Assembly (NCBI RefSeq): GCF_018977255.1 | Contig: NW_024704742.1 | Location: 27,654,001-27,718,000 of the forward strand | From: Callorhinchus milii | Taxonomy: Eukaryota | Length of the DNA stretch: 64,000 nt | Direction of reading: 5' to 3' | Shown here: piece after piece, positions 1-13,200 of the stretch | How the letters are laid out: every line of letters begins with the position of its first letter | Position numbering within the stretch: position 1 is the first letter of the stretch | The notes under the pieces: model-generated | Told to the model about the DNA's origin: nothing | Seen by the model: only the letters and a program-made list of their open reading frames with translations | Database searches by the model: none | Made by a program: the position numbers and the translations under genes

Positions 1-1389
1 TTGTGCTGTGTGTCCATTCCCACTTGGAATTGGGTTGAGACGGCCAAAGCTCATTTTGTTGTCATGCCAATATACATGACAATATACTCGGTATCCCAAG
101 AGAGGTGGTCAAGAACAGATCACACCTCCAATAAAGAAAAGTGCTATGAAATTTCTTCCTCATTGTGGAAGGATTATTGAATAAAACTCTCAGGTAGCAC
201 CCAGGAATCCTATAGAGAAAGAAAATAATCACATCAATTGCTTTGTTTGGACTTGGGGTGAAAAAGATAGCATACTGACCCATGGCATCATCCAGTCCTC
301 ATTCTTAAAATGATCAGTAGCTGTTTGTTCCACTTGCCACAGTTTGGTAGGGGGGCAGTCAGTTGTTTTTGCAAGTTCCCACAATATTTGGTTTCAATCA
401 TGCTGTTTAGAGAAGGGGATTTAGGTGATCAGGCGCCTCAAAAATAATAATGTCTATTAATCCTTGTATTTAATATCGTGCCTTTCGGGTCAGGAGGAGG
501 TCTCAAAGTACTTCACAAGGTTTACTGTAAAGTGTCGTGGGTCATGTGGAGTATAAAAATTGATGTGGTCTAGTTGGGCTGAATGACTTGTTTCCACAGT
601 ATATCGCTCTATTTGACTCTCTGTAACTCAAGTATTAATATTAATTTCTTAAATATTAATATGTCTAAAATATGAATTTTGAAATATTTATTTTGAAAAT
701 GTCCGTATTACAAATATTTAATAACTCAAAGAAAGGGAAGAAGAGTAACTCCAAGACATGATCCACACAGCCAGTTGAGGGACACCTAACTACTCTCACT
801 AACTATGTTTTGTGTGTGATGTGAAATCAACAGATGGAGGAGAGAAACTTTTTTTTCTCGTTCCCAAATCAAATCTTTTACTGATATAGAGCTGTGGTAC
901 CGGCAACTGCTTGAAGGTAAAGTAGGACAAAGTATTATTGATTTCATATCCTTGGAACTGAAATATATTGGATTTACAACATGGGTCCGGCATTATTACA
1001 GATTATTTTTCACAGTGAATTACATGAAAATTAATTTCCTTGTATATATTTGTCTTTTTTGCAAATGTTATTCTTGGAAAGACAGTTGGGTTTGAGTACA
1101 ATAAATAAATATCAATATGAATTGCAGAATATACTAATGCTTCAAAGGGGTTCTACATAATGCAGTCACAAGTGATTAAGTAAAACGGGCAGGAAATCAC
1201 ATTTCAGGTAAATTCAAAATGTAGTATTTTGTGTTGCTATAAATGATTTGTGAGTAGATACTGTGCCAGTGGGTGAACATAGGAATGTACAAGACCTGAA
1301 AAGACCATTGTAGTTCTGACAAGTTTCAAAAAAGATCATGCGCTATATCTCAAATATCTAGGGCTTATATTAAGTAGCTATCTATTTTC

Positions 1390-2560
1390 ATAGATTAATA
1401 GATGGTACAGCTTAGAAACAGGCCATTCGGTCCATCCAGTTTTGCTGGCATTTATACCGGCTAATGCCTATCTTAGATCCTATTCTTGGTCCTATATCTC
1501 AGCTTTTTCCCCATATCTCTCAACTTTATTCTCTCTTAACCATGTGTCCAGCCTTTTTTTTAAAGTGCACCTGGTTGTTGCCCCTACAACTGACTGCAGC
1601 AGAGAATTCCATCTTCGCATATGAAAAAATGTTTCCTAATCTCCATTCTGGACCTCTCTTTTCTGATTTTAAAACTATGCCCTCTAGTTCTAGAACCTCT
1701 GACCACCGGAAATAATCTTTCCTTGCCTATCCAAGCCTCCCATCATCTTGTACACCTCTATGATATCCCCTCTCAGCTCTCTGAGCTCCTAAAAAAAAAA
1801 GCTTCCAGTTTACCAAGCCTTTCACTATAACTGCATTTCCTCATTCCAGGCAACATCCTGGTGAATCTTCACTGGTGTACTGCCTCCATCGCTTTAACAT
1901 CTTTCCTGAAACAAAGAGCCCCAAACTACACACAGTATTCCAACTGTGGGCTGGCCATTGTTTTGTATAGATTCAACAGGACCTCCGTATCCTTATACTC
2001 TGTTCCCTTAGGTATAAACCGCAAGGTTTCATTGGCATTTTTATGACTTTTCCTGCTTGCAGTGACCTGACGATCTGTACTCTGAGATCCTTCAAATTCT
2101 TTTTCCCTTTTAGGATTTGCCCCCTTTAAGTTTTAGGTTCATTCTACATTTGTCATTTTGAAATGAACTAATGAACACTTTTTTCATTGAACCCCCTTGG
2201 CCACTTGTCTGCTCAGTCAGCAATCCTATCAAAGCTGCCTGTATTTTATTTTGATCCTCCTCGGTATTTACTATTACTCCCTACCTCTGCATTGTCTGCA
2301 AACTTTGAGATTTCTCCCTCTATTCCTATGTCCAAATTATTTATATACAGGATGAAAAGTTATGGTTCTGGAACAGATCGCTGAGGAGCACCACTGTCCC
2401 CAATCTATCCATTTTGAGAAATTGTCGTTAAATCCTACATTTTGTTTTCTACTCTGTAGCCGCTTCTCAAAGCATTCAGCTATCTTCCCTTTGATCCCAC
2501 ATGGCCTGACCTTACTCACGTTTGTCTGGTACCTTGTTAAAAATCTTCTGAAAATCCATG
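1390..2560 (-). mobile_element. Degenerate CR1 LINE 3' portion (RT C-terminus and 3'UTR)
   Basis: Contains gccccaaactacacacagtattcc (antisense of LEYCVxFWAP) and ttgtctgcaaactt (antisense of KFAD); parallels the younger copy at 47534-49246. Confidence 0.8.
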
Positions 2561-3239
2561 TAAACCACGTGTATTGGATTTCTAACTTGATTTTGCTTGA
2601 GCATGCCTTCACTGACTTTCCGGTCAGTCCTTTTATTCAACACTCACTGAGAAGTTAAGTATAAACTGTCTGTTTACCTTTCCTCTTCCGAGCTTGAGTC
2701 TATGTCTCTTGTTGTAGAGATGTCAAATCTTTTAATAGCTCTCAGTCAAACTGTATCCTTTAGATATTTCAGTGAGATATCCTATGAGAAATCTTTGCTT
2801 GGTGAAAATGACCCATCATACATAACCTGATCACTAAAAATAGTAATGATTGTTGTGATGTGTTTATGATGGGATCAGTGTATAATGATCTTTTATTTTG
2901 GGATTATCGTTTAACTGAAAAAGGTGATTTAGTACATATTGTTTGCCTTTGGGTAGAATAGAAGGTGTTGTCTGTTGAACCACAGCTACACATTTACTGT
3001 TTAGCATATTAGCCTTGAGAGGGTAAAATTTAGAGTTGGAAGTTGAATAGACTGATAATAGTCAAGACAGGTGAAGATTATGCCTCTAATATCTCAATAT
3101 CGATATATCTTGGCTAAAGAACAGGTCCATAAAACATGTAGAAGATCTTTAACTCCTTTACATTCTTTCCAGTAAGTGGTGATCTTTGAATTTGTTAAAG
3201 AACCTTATTACATTTTGAAAAAAAGCGCTTTACGGGATT

Positions 3240-3582
3240 TACTGTTAAATGTAGCGACTGAGTAGTTGTAGACAATCATGGAAGCAAATTGCACTCTGCA
3301 ATCTCCAACAAACAACCATGAAGCAAATGACCAATTTTATTTGGGGGATTGTCGGCCAGGACACCAGGAGAAAGTCCATTCGCCTTTCGAATCGTGCCAT
3401 AACATCTTTAATGTCCACCTGAACAGGCAGTCAGGTTTAATGTCTCGTTTGAAGGCCAGCACCTCTGACACTGTTCTACTGATACTGCATTTGAGCGTCA
3501 GTCTAGGCTATGAGCTCAAAGCTCCAATGCGGCTTCAGACTCAACCTTCAGACTCAGAGGCAAGAGAGCAACTTGGCTGACA
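3240..3582 (-). mobile_element. tRNA-headed Deu-domain SINE (family B)
   Basis: Reverse complement of the head gtcagcc..ctcttgcctctgagtctgaaggttg and of the Deu core gaggtgc..cttcaaacgagacattaaac..ctgcctgttcaggtggacattaaagat. Confidence 0.7.
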
Positions 3583-4167
3583 TCTAAATATGAGGTACAA
3601 CTGGATTTATGGAGGTGCACAATGGATGGCCTCCGTAGGCTGTGATACACCTTGTGTTGTTTTTTAGCAGATAGCTAATTGTGTTAAACAATTGTTATTC
3701 AGTAATATCTCACATTTTCACAATAAGACAAAATGACAATAAGAATTGTGATGGTTCTTTGTCAATCTGTATAAATCCCTCCTGAGAAACAACACAATTT
3801 TCTGGGAAGAACAACACTGTCATAACTTTTAATGGGAACTGACTTTATATGGGATAGGATACAACGCTTTCTTGTACGTGTGCTTGTATGATGCAGCCTC
3901 CTTGTATTGCAATCATGTCTAAGCAGTGTGCCTCAGTAAATAATAAATCATTTAGGGAGCTGGGTGTCAGTGCTACCCAAAAATCATGACTAATTTTCAA
4001 AAAGGTAAGTTGCGCCCGGATGACTGAAGTGCAGACTAATTACGTTTGAACTAATGAAACAAATACAGCCGTACCCTGGAGCCTGTAACATCCCATTGGT
4101 GTATGTTGTTGGTGTAAAATGCACTGTGTACAATTATTAGTCATGTCACTGCACATAATCATTTTGA

Positions 4168-4386
<219 letters not shown>

Positions 4387-5758
4387 TAGAAGCCAGAGAG
4401 TGTCACACCACAGAAACATAACACAGATCGACATACGATTCCAGTATAAGCACATGTTAATGAATCGACTTAATGCCGAGCTGCCTATTTCTGGTCGACA
4501 GCTCTCTCTGTCACACGGAACAAATTAATATTAATTGTTTCCACCCACTTATAACAGCCATTAGACACGATTAAGGCTGAGGTACAGAGGGAACATTCAC
4601 ATTTCTAACTTTGAATGTATTAATAATGTGCTATTAAATTAAAACAATTGTTTCTTAATATTTATTTTCTTGTTTCCTCATGTGTCTCGGGGCATTGATG
4701 TTACACCTGAGCAGAGCCAACTAATAATAACTTAATGCATGAGCACAGAAATGTTCTAGCACAAACTAAACTTAAAGCAGCTTCTCTGACATGTCCAATA
4801 TATCGTATATGATTCAATGCAGCTCTATTGTTTGTTCAAATAAAAATCTTCCTGTTTGAAGAGAAAACTATTGAAGGATTTGAGAGAAAAGTTTCAATTG
4901 AAGTTTGATACACAGTAACATTAAATTAACCTTAGTGAAAGAGCGTCATTTTAAGAATGATTCTATTGACCAATAGCCCTTTAGAAGTAAAGTACTGTGA
5001 CACTGAGGTAGTCACAGTGGGTCAACACAATGCACTTTTTACTTCTGGGACCTGAGTTTGAATGCAGCTCAGACTGAAGGGATGAAAGTCTCTTCTGAAT
5101 GGTCTGTTGAAGTGTGTTTGAACAGTGTCAACCTGCTCCCCAGTGAACATAGGCCTACAACACAAAGCGACTCCTTATTTGGCAATGATGATGGCATTCG
5201 CATTCTGACAGCATGGCTGTTGTGGAAAATCACAGTGCACACTAATGCAGTAGGGGGTGCTCTTCTGCAATTGTGGTGTGGATGCATTTAGGCAAAAAAT
5301 GCACTGCTCGCTAAAGCTGGCCATTGTTTCCTTCCGCACTTATAACAGATCAGCCTGCTGCATTAAAAATCAGATAGCATCACGCCACATAGACAGAAAC
5401 GGTTTAAATCCATAGAGAATTCCAATATAAGCATATTTCATCATTGATACAGACTGGAGAGAGTTTTGATCTGCTACAAGATTTGCAGTATCTGTTCTGG
5501 GAGTGCTTAATGCTGATAACATGGGTATCTGAATTAGGAAATCTTATCATCCCTCCTCTAAAGCTAGACAAAAAATAACCAAAGAGAAACACAAATGAAA
5601 CACAAACGCATGGTAAATTTTAGCAGCATATTGTTTATTCCTATCTCCCTTTAAATGATTTTAAATAATTCTACTTAAACAATAAGTAGTGTAGACAATG
5701 TCAGGTGGTTCAGGCTTGGTGAAGATACCGAATCTGACTCTATGAGGGAACTGCATTA

Positions 5759-6145
5759 ACAACAACAACAAAATTACAATTATAGAGCGCGTCGGGAGAA
5801 CGTCCCAAGGCACTGGGCAGTTGGGCGTCAGGACCCGAGCGTGAGGGTGGGGTGGGGTAGGGATGAGGGAAGGCAGAGAGGTGGGAGGACGACTGAAGGC
5901 ATGATCGAAGAGGAGGGTCTTGAGACCAGCCTTGAAGGAGGCAAGGGAAGCAGTGAGGCGAAGGGTCTGTGGGATGGAGTTCCAGAGTGTAGGGGCAGAG
6001 AGGCTGAAAGCCCGGCCACTGATGGTAGGGTGGGTCGGGCGGGAGACATGGAGCAGGCCGGAACCCGATGAACAGAGGAAGCGGGCAGGTTGGTAGGAAG
6101 TCAGCAGGTCAGGGAGGTAGGAGAGGGCCTTGAAAGTGAAGACGA
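5759..6145 (-). mobile_element. L2 LINE 3' fragment
   Basis: (caa)n tail and antisense match to the 3' end of the L2 at 45950-47243. Confidence 0.85.
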
Positions 6146-6654
6146 ATTAACATACGCAAATGAAGCTAAACACCCCAGGGTTAGTGACCAAGGTACTCCT
6201 CTCTTGATAATTCGGGCCCCGTATGAGTGATCATTGCTGCTCCTCCAAGCTAATTCTTCCAGTGGTGTCGCCGACACTCATTGTTCAAACAAATATTCAA
6301 AAACAAGTCAACACGAAGGAGAGATTTTGCCTTTTGGAAAACAATGCTGTTGCTGCAAACTCTACAACTCTCCAGTGATTTTTAAAGAGATGATGAGAAA
6401 AGGTCATTTGACCAACCGTAGGAACAGAGTAAAACAGGAACAGAACGAGCCCATTCAGCCCCTCTTATTATTTTACAGGTTATGAATTGCTTTTGTTCTT
6501 GATCACAACACTTGCTGTTTAAAGGATGCCGCATTTTGTAGGTGAAGGACTGCATTTTAGGGGGAAAAGTCCATAAAATTACCCTAGCTTATATGACTTT
6601 ATTGGGAAAACTATTGGAGAAAGAATAAAAAGAAGCGTCATAGATGTTTTTTAC

Positions 6655-7140
6655 ATGAGATTAAAAACCAAGGTCCTGTCTGCCTCTTCAAGTGGACATT
6701 AAAGATCCCATGACACTATTTAAAAAGAGAAGGGAGTTTCTGCCGGTGACCTAGCCAACAATCCCCTAGATAAAATTAATCATTCGTTGTTTGTTCATGG
6801 AAATGGCTCCCATGTTGTGCCTGTAATAATAATAATCCTCCACGTGATATAAAACCTCACCACATCATTGAAACATCTCAAAGCCCTTACAGACTTTTCA
6901 CTTTATAGTATATCCTGTGAGCTCCACGAGGTGTTTTGATGATGTGGTAAGGTATTATTATGTGGAGGATTATTATCATTATCACAATACCCAGAACAGT
7001 GTTGACCAGGATATTGGGAGAAACTTTTTTTGAATAGTGCCATGGAATCTTTAATGTCCTCTTGGCCAGGCAGATGGGACTTGATTTTAACGTCTCACCT
7101 ACTGCAGCATACCCACAGCAGTGCATTGGAGTGCTAGTAG
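6655..7140. mobile_element. Two Deu-domain SINE fragments in opposite orientation
   Basis: + core at 6655-6770 (tctgcctcttcaagtggacattaaagatcccatgacactatt); - core at ~6990-7140. Confidence 0.6.
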
Positions 7141-7604
7141 GGACTATATGGATGATCAGTGACTTAAAACTTCATTTCATATGTAATATCTCCTCATCAA
7201 AAGTGAAAAAGCTTAAGGGGATATAATAAGTATTGCCTATGAATCTCTCAGTTGCTCTATATTTGTCAGTTAATAACTGACTCTCAATAAACGTGCAGGG
7301 ATCATAAGCATTACATCTTCATCATAGCCTGAATGTTAATGATAGCTATGAGACTACATCTGGCAAAACAGGATGACGGACCAATACATAGAAAATGAAA
7401 AAAAACAATTGTCCTGACAAAACGTGATCAAGAAAAAAGAATGGCACAAATCCTCAAACCCGATGATTCTGCTGACGTTGGAGAGGTGAGGGTAGTTGCA
7501 GGGGTTTCATTCCACCCTCCCTTGAATCACCACAATAGTTGAGCTTGAAAGTTTTTTTTAGGCCTTGCTTCATTAGTGTACATCAAAACCATTGAGTTTG
7601 GTCA

Positions 7605-7790
7605 ACATTCCAGGCAGATAATGTCTTGGTTTAATATTTCATCGAAAAGACAGCACCTTGATAATGGAGCAATCCCCCACATTGTACTTGAATGTCAGCT
7701 TAGATTGAGCTCACACCTATATGTGGGGCTTGAACCTCTATCCTTCTGCCTCAAAAGCAAAAGTGCTACCAACAAAGCCAAGCTGACTTG
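7605..7790 (-). mobile_element. Family B SINE 5' part
   Basis: Antisense of the tRNA-like head (aagtgctaccaacaaagccaagctgac). Confidence 0.6.
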
Positions 7791-8412
7791 TCTTTATTAA
7801 CTGCTCAGGCTTCACTCTTGCATCTAATGACATCATGTGAAAGCTTTTGCTGAGATAATTCTCTTGAAATCCCTCCTGGGTATTCATTATTCTCTCTATA
7901 TTATCATTAGCAGAAAGTATAAATTGGCCAAAATGCTTGTCCTGCATCATTTCTCCTCAGTGTGCTTTTCATAATAGATATAATGGGTGCTTCAAGGACT
8001 GACAAAGTTCATTAAATCACTGAATTAAAAGATCGAAATGTCCTATATGCCTAATGTGCTTGTTACACAAGTAACTATAAATCTGACCTCAAATTGATGA
8101 CATGCACCAGTATTTATTGAACTTCCTATGACCTTTCACTCTCTTTTTGTCTTCCTCTGCAACTCTCACAGCTACACATGATGAGGCCTATATATACCCT
8201 GTGGTATTTTGGTCCATCATTCACTCTTTCCCAGTATAAGGTAGCCTAACTAATATACCATATATTTCACCTCATCCACTCTATAATTGCTTTGTTCAAA
8301 CAATATGAAATTCAGGTTAAGATCTACAATCCGATTCATCGGCTGATATATAATGAGATGTATTAGGTAAAAAAAATTCAAGGGTGGGTAACACTAAACA
8401 TCTCATTTAAGG

Positions 8413-8650
8413 TATCAGCCAGGCTGAGTTGCAAGCCTCTGATTCAAGTTCCTCCTCCAGACATTAAACTCATATAATTGAAGCTAACACTTCAATGTAT
8501 GACACTCTGCATTGTTGGAGGTGCCATCATCAGGATGAGATGTTAAAGCAAAGTCCCATCTGCTGTTTGGGTGGATGTTAAAGATCTTATATCACTACTG
8601 AAAAAAAAGGTTATCTTGAGATAATAGTTTACTCTGGCTGGCCCAGCTCA
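8413..8650 (+). mobile_element. Family B Deu-domain SINE, degenerate
   Basis: ttggaggtgccatcatcaggatgagatgttaaagc..ggtggatgttaaagatc core. Confidence 0.6.
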
Positions 8651-8749
8651 AAAAGAGGATCAACAAAGATTGTAACAATGGCAACTTGCATTTATTGTTC
8701 CCTAAGTTGGTTTCTAAGTTGAGTTTTACTTTATTACATTTACTAAGAT

Positions 8750-9115
8750 AGATAGTTGGAATGGAATGTGAACTCTGGCTTTGGAGGGATGCATTCCGCT
8801 TACCGAATTCCAGAGAGTATTCGGTGCAGGTTGGCAAGAGCCAAGGCTTGGGGACCCAAGAGTATGCATTGGAGTACTGCTGGAGTCTAACCAGCTAAAA
8901 TCGCATAGCTTGCCATTGATATTGCTGTCTTGCAAGCTTTCCCACTGCTTGTCAAGCTAGGATCATCCTACCCGTTCGGGCTTAACTTGCAGGGTTAACA
9001 GAAGCTGAGTGGGATGATTCCCTGCCCGGACTCCTGTTCTGCCGTTTCAATACTACCAATGATCCAGGCTGACTGTGCTGCCATCAGCAGTGCGCTGGAG
9101 TATGATCGTGGGTAG
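8750..9115. repeat. Unclassified interspersed repeat, copy 1
   Basis: Colinear with 60965-61330, e.g. ttccagagagtatt and tactgctggagtytaaccagctaaa. Confidence 0.75.
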
Positions 9116-10236
9116 GTACAGAGCAGAGCTTCAACTGAGCCCCATTTTTACCAGAGCTTTCCGTCTTGCACTACATTACCCTTTGCATTTTTCACTCCAA
9201 CCACCCTGCCATCCATCCGAAAGATATTACCCATTCATTCCTGAACAGTTGAGTGCAGTTGGTTGAAACTTCCTGGAAACACATGATACACAGAACCACT
9301 GGAGCCAAATGACAGAGGAAAATGCTGTCCTATTAGTCTGGGCGAGATTCAAAATTCAGATTCCAGATGTGGAAAGGCAATGCGTTTTACTCGCTGCCAC
9401 CAGATATTCCTTGTAAAGATTTTTTTTGATGAATCTATTTTTTGGGAAAAGAATCACCTGCCACCTTAGTCCCATTTATAGGATGATTCCACAGAGGACA
9501 CCTGTTGTAACTTTAGAGCCAAATGCTTTGATGAGACAGATTGAAAACAAAACAAATTTGTTTGCATTGGCTTCAGCTAAAGTCTGGAATGAATCCAAGG
9601 CAGCCTGACCTCTGGTGTTTGTTAATGGTGTGTATGGATGGTGCATTCATAGATGTTTTTTGGTCAGAGTAGCCTTGAGCGGATATTAGAGAAAGGCTCA
9701 GCAGTTCAGGGACTAATGATTGTATAATTTCCCCAAAAACTACATTCACAGATCTTCAGAATTTATAAGGTTATCAAAAAGTGCTGTGACTGCATTTCTC
9801 CTTGCGTTCAGTATAGAGTAATCACACTTCTGCTGATCAGACTATCTTACATTTATTACTGAACAAGCTGNTTTTTGAAATTTTTTCCTCAGGGACAAAT
9901 ACTGACAGATGCCTCCTGATAAAGCACCCTGATGTTTACGTGTTGTTTTATTGTATTTTATGAATTGCTTTCTAATTTTACAGGACACAATATGTTTTCT
10001 GTATCTGTGAAGTGATTCGTACTCATAGAAAGGGCCTCGACAAACATTTTTTATAAAATGGCCAGTTGATTGAATTTATATTAAGCAACTAACGTTTCCA
10101 ATTGATCATTCTATTAAGGTGCTTAGTCAGCGTGGCATTCGTTTTAAGTGTAAGATAATTTAGTATGTGTTACATCGAGCGGCTGATGAAAGCAGATGAT
10201 AAACTAACAAGGATTTGGTCATTTTTCTTACGGCAG

Positions 10237-10355
10237 AAACTGAAGATTATCGAGAATGAAGAACTCCAGGTCCAAATGCAAGTCTTTGATGAGCACTCCG
10301 AAGAAGATTATTATGAGTTCACAAACCGCCTTGAGGGCATTCGGATGGAATTAGA
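10237..10355 (+). CDS. DIAPH1: Diaphanous-related formin, next coding exon, 119 nt, phase 0/2
   Basis: CTAAC branch at 10204-10208 and acceptor tttttcttacggcAG|AAA. Translates KLKIIENEELQVQMQVFDEHSEEDYYEFTNRLEGIRMEL(E), in frame with the previous exon. Ends at the U12 donor GA|ATATCCTTTT. Confidence 0.9.
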
Positions 10356-10364
10356 ATATCCTTT
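10356..10364 (+). promoter_or_regulatory. U12-type 5' splice site (U11/U6atac recognition)
   Basis: ATATCCTTT begins exactly where DIAPH homology stops. Confidence 0.9.
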
Positions 10365-11239
10365 TACAGATGATAGATGATAGGTTTTGAAAGTCACATT
10401 AATTAATCGGGAATACATTTTTTTTTCTTGGCAAAGGGCAGGCAATTGTGTCTTCTCACTTCTATATAAAGCTCTAGTGATCAATGGGATAAACACCTCT
10501 GCCAATTTCTTTTCCCCCCTCTCCGGGGAAAATAGACTTTTTTGTAAAAAGAAACACACAAAAATGTCACCATCTGCGAACAATCAAAGCCTTAATCTGC
10601 GTGTGCATCCAATTTGCTGCATCCAACTGTGTTATCCAGATATGGTTCCAGTTGACATTGTCAATTTGTTTCATTCACTAAATATATTAATTTGTTTCGG
10701 TTTTCTTTCCCAGTATCAAATATTTACTCATATTGTCCTTTCTTTGCCAGAAAAAAAACCTTTAAGTGTGAACTTCATTCTATCATATGGTGTGAGGTAA
10801 CGCTTTATGGAAATAAGTTTTAGAAGCAGAATAATGAGTGTTAATGGAGCATTTCATCCTGCCGTTTCAGTGTAAAGGACCGTAAATGAAGCTTGGTCTT
10901 GCTTAATTTCTCAAAATGTGAAAGTAGTAATTTTGGTCTCTTGCTCCTCTAAATCATGGAAGTGACACGAGCTTGTTGTGTTGTGAAATGTTTCTGTTCC
11001 TGACAGAAAGAAGAATTGATACACTGGTTGAAATTTCACCTGGATTGGATGTAGTGTCAGAGGTCAATGGATATAATAATAATATTCACTCTGTTCTACA
11101 TACAAATGGCAGAACAAGCAACTTGGGAATGAAAAATCCTTTGATTTAGATGCATTTTGGAACATAAGCATGCAACAAATGTGAGAATGTTGACCCATGA
11201 TATTAATAATATAATAACAATTCACCTGAGTGCCCATTT

Positions 11240-13200
11240 ATAAGGAACACAGAAACAGGAATTGTCCTATCAAGCCTGCTCTGCATTAAAAGTTTTTACT
11301 CCTTTTGTACCATTACTTCCCAAGTATTTAGGTATCTTTTAAAAGTTTCAATTAATTCTGCACTTATGGCTTTCTTGAACCCTTTGTGTGAAGAAATGCT
11401 GTCTGCTTCCACTTTTAACCAGTTTAGGTCTAATTTCAAGATTGTGGCTTGTTTTGGATTCTCAATTGACCTTGTCCCTTTTTTGTAAATGGTTCAATAG
11501 GACTGCACCTTAACCTCTTCAACTCGAGAAACCTAAATGTGCTCAGTCTCTCATCATAGATAAGCCATCTTCTTTCATCAATCTGTGTCTCTCTGCAATT
11601 TTCTGCATTGACAGTTCACTGCAGCTGGGTGTCATCTACAAACTTAGACATTTCCCCTTTATGCCTAGATCAAGTTATTAATCTATAAAATGATAACACA
11701 GAGAACCATGTACAGATCTCTGGAGGACACCACTCTTGTCTCTGTTTGCATTTGGAGATTGGTCCTTTTATCCCAAACAAATTTTCCATCCAATTCCGTG
11801 CACCTCAACATTCAGTTAACAATCTGTTATCTGGTACCTTATCAAGTGCCATCTGGAAATTCATGTAGAAGATATCAATAGCTCCTGCTATATCTACTAT
11901 CTTGATATGGTTGTCAAAGAACTCCATTAGCTTATTGATACTTGGCTCATCTTTTACAGACACATCTCTCTGAGCAGTGAACTGTCCCTCTGGTTCTCCT
12001 TTATTCTGTCACTGATAATGGATTCCCATCATTTGTCCATTACTGATGTCAAACTCATTGGCTTTGTTACTTAATTTGTCACTTCCTTCCTTCTTTAATA
12101 ATAAAGTCATGTTCAGAACTCTGCAGCTCGTGTACTGTCCCGCACCAGGCTTCGGGACCACATCACTCCCACCCTCGCTCGCCTCCACTGGCTCCCCATC
12201 CCCCAGAGGATCGATTTCAAGATCCTCATCCTCACCTACAAGGCCATTCACGGCCTTGCTCCCTCCTATCTCTCCGACCTACTATCCCCCTACCTACCTG
12301 CCCGTACCCTCCATTCCTCTGGCTCCGGTCTGCTCCACATCCCCCGCCCCAACCGCCCTACCATCGGTGGCCAGGCCTTCAGCCTCTCAGCCCCGAGGCT
12401 CTGGAACTCTATCCTCCAGTGCCTTCGCCGCCTCCTCCCTTTCCTCCTTCAAGGCCGGTCTCAAGATCTTTCTCTTTGACCATGCCTTCAGCTCCCCTCT
12501 CGACTCTCTATCCCCTTCTCGCTCCCTCTCTCCCTTCCCTCCCCTCACCCTGACCATTTTCCCCCTGCTCGGGTCCTGATCCAACTGTACAGAGCCGTGG
12601 GACGTCCTCCTGACGTGAAAGGCGCTCTATAAATGGAATCTTGTTGTTGTTGTAGTTTGCTGCCTTCCAATCTTCCAGTATTGCTCCAGGATCCAGAGAG
12701 CTTTAAATGGTTACAACTAATTCAACTCCAATTTACTTGTCAATTTCTTTTAATACACTGTAGTGAACATCATCAGGGTCAGAAGAATTGTCTCTCTTCA
12801 GCCCCAATCATTGATACATTATTTTGTTTATCCCAAACAATTTTCCATCAATTCCATGCACCTGAATATTCAGTTAACAATCTCTAATCTGGTACCTTAT
12901 CAAGTGCCATCTGGAAATTCATGAGAAGATATCAATAGCTCCTACTCTATCTACTATTTTGATTTGTCTGACAAATAACTATTATCTCATAATCGCTGTA
13001 TGCTTGCCTTCAGTAGCCTCTAGTATTTCCTGTACTTCATATAACATATCCTTGACCTCCAGCATGAAGATGGAAGTAAAGTATTCATTTAGTAGTTTCT
13101 CCATGTCGACACTCTCTATCATTGTCATTCACCAATCTGTTTGAATGAGCCCTACCTCCTGTTCCTAAATGAGACATTTTATAGGCTTTAATATATTTAA
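11240..13200 (-). mobile_element. Highly decayed CR1, interrupted by an L2 and carrying an internal duplication
   Basis: gtgtcatctacaaactt (antisense of KFxDD) and aagtattcatttag (antisense of LNEYF). Confidence 0.6.
12110..12652 (+). mobile_element. L2 LINE 3' fragment
   Basis: ctccactggctccccatcccccagaggatcgatttcaag ([13 protein letters not shown]); ends ggcgctctataaatggaatc(ttg)n. Confidence 0.9.

Noticed and set aside
2753..2761. Perfect GTATCCTTT U12-type donor; weaker ATATCCTT at 946, 13046 and 33274
   Set aside because: No upstream coding exon or homology, and about one such match is expected by chance in 64 kb of AT-rich DNA.
10387..10800. 137-aa ORF, and other ORFs over 100 aa such as 38100-38606, 43312-43815 and 53951-54391
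   Set aside because: No recognisable domain or splice context; mostly read-through of repeats or low-complexity DNA.
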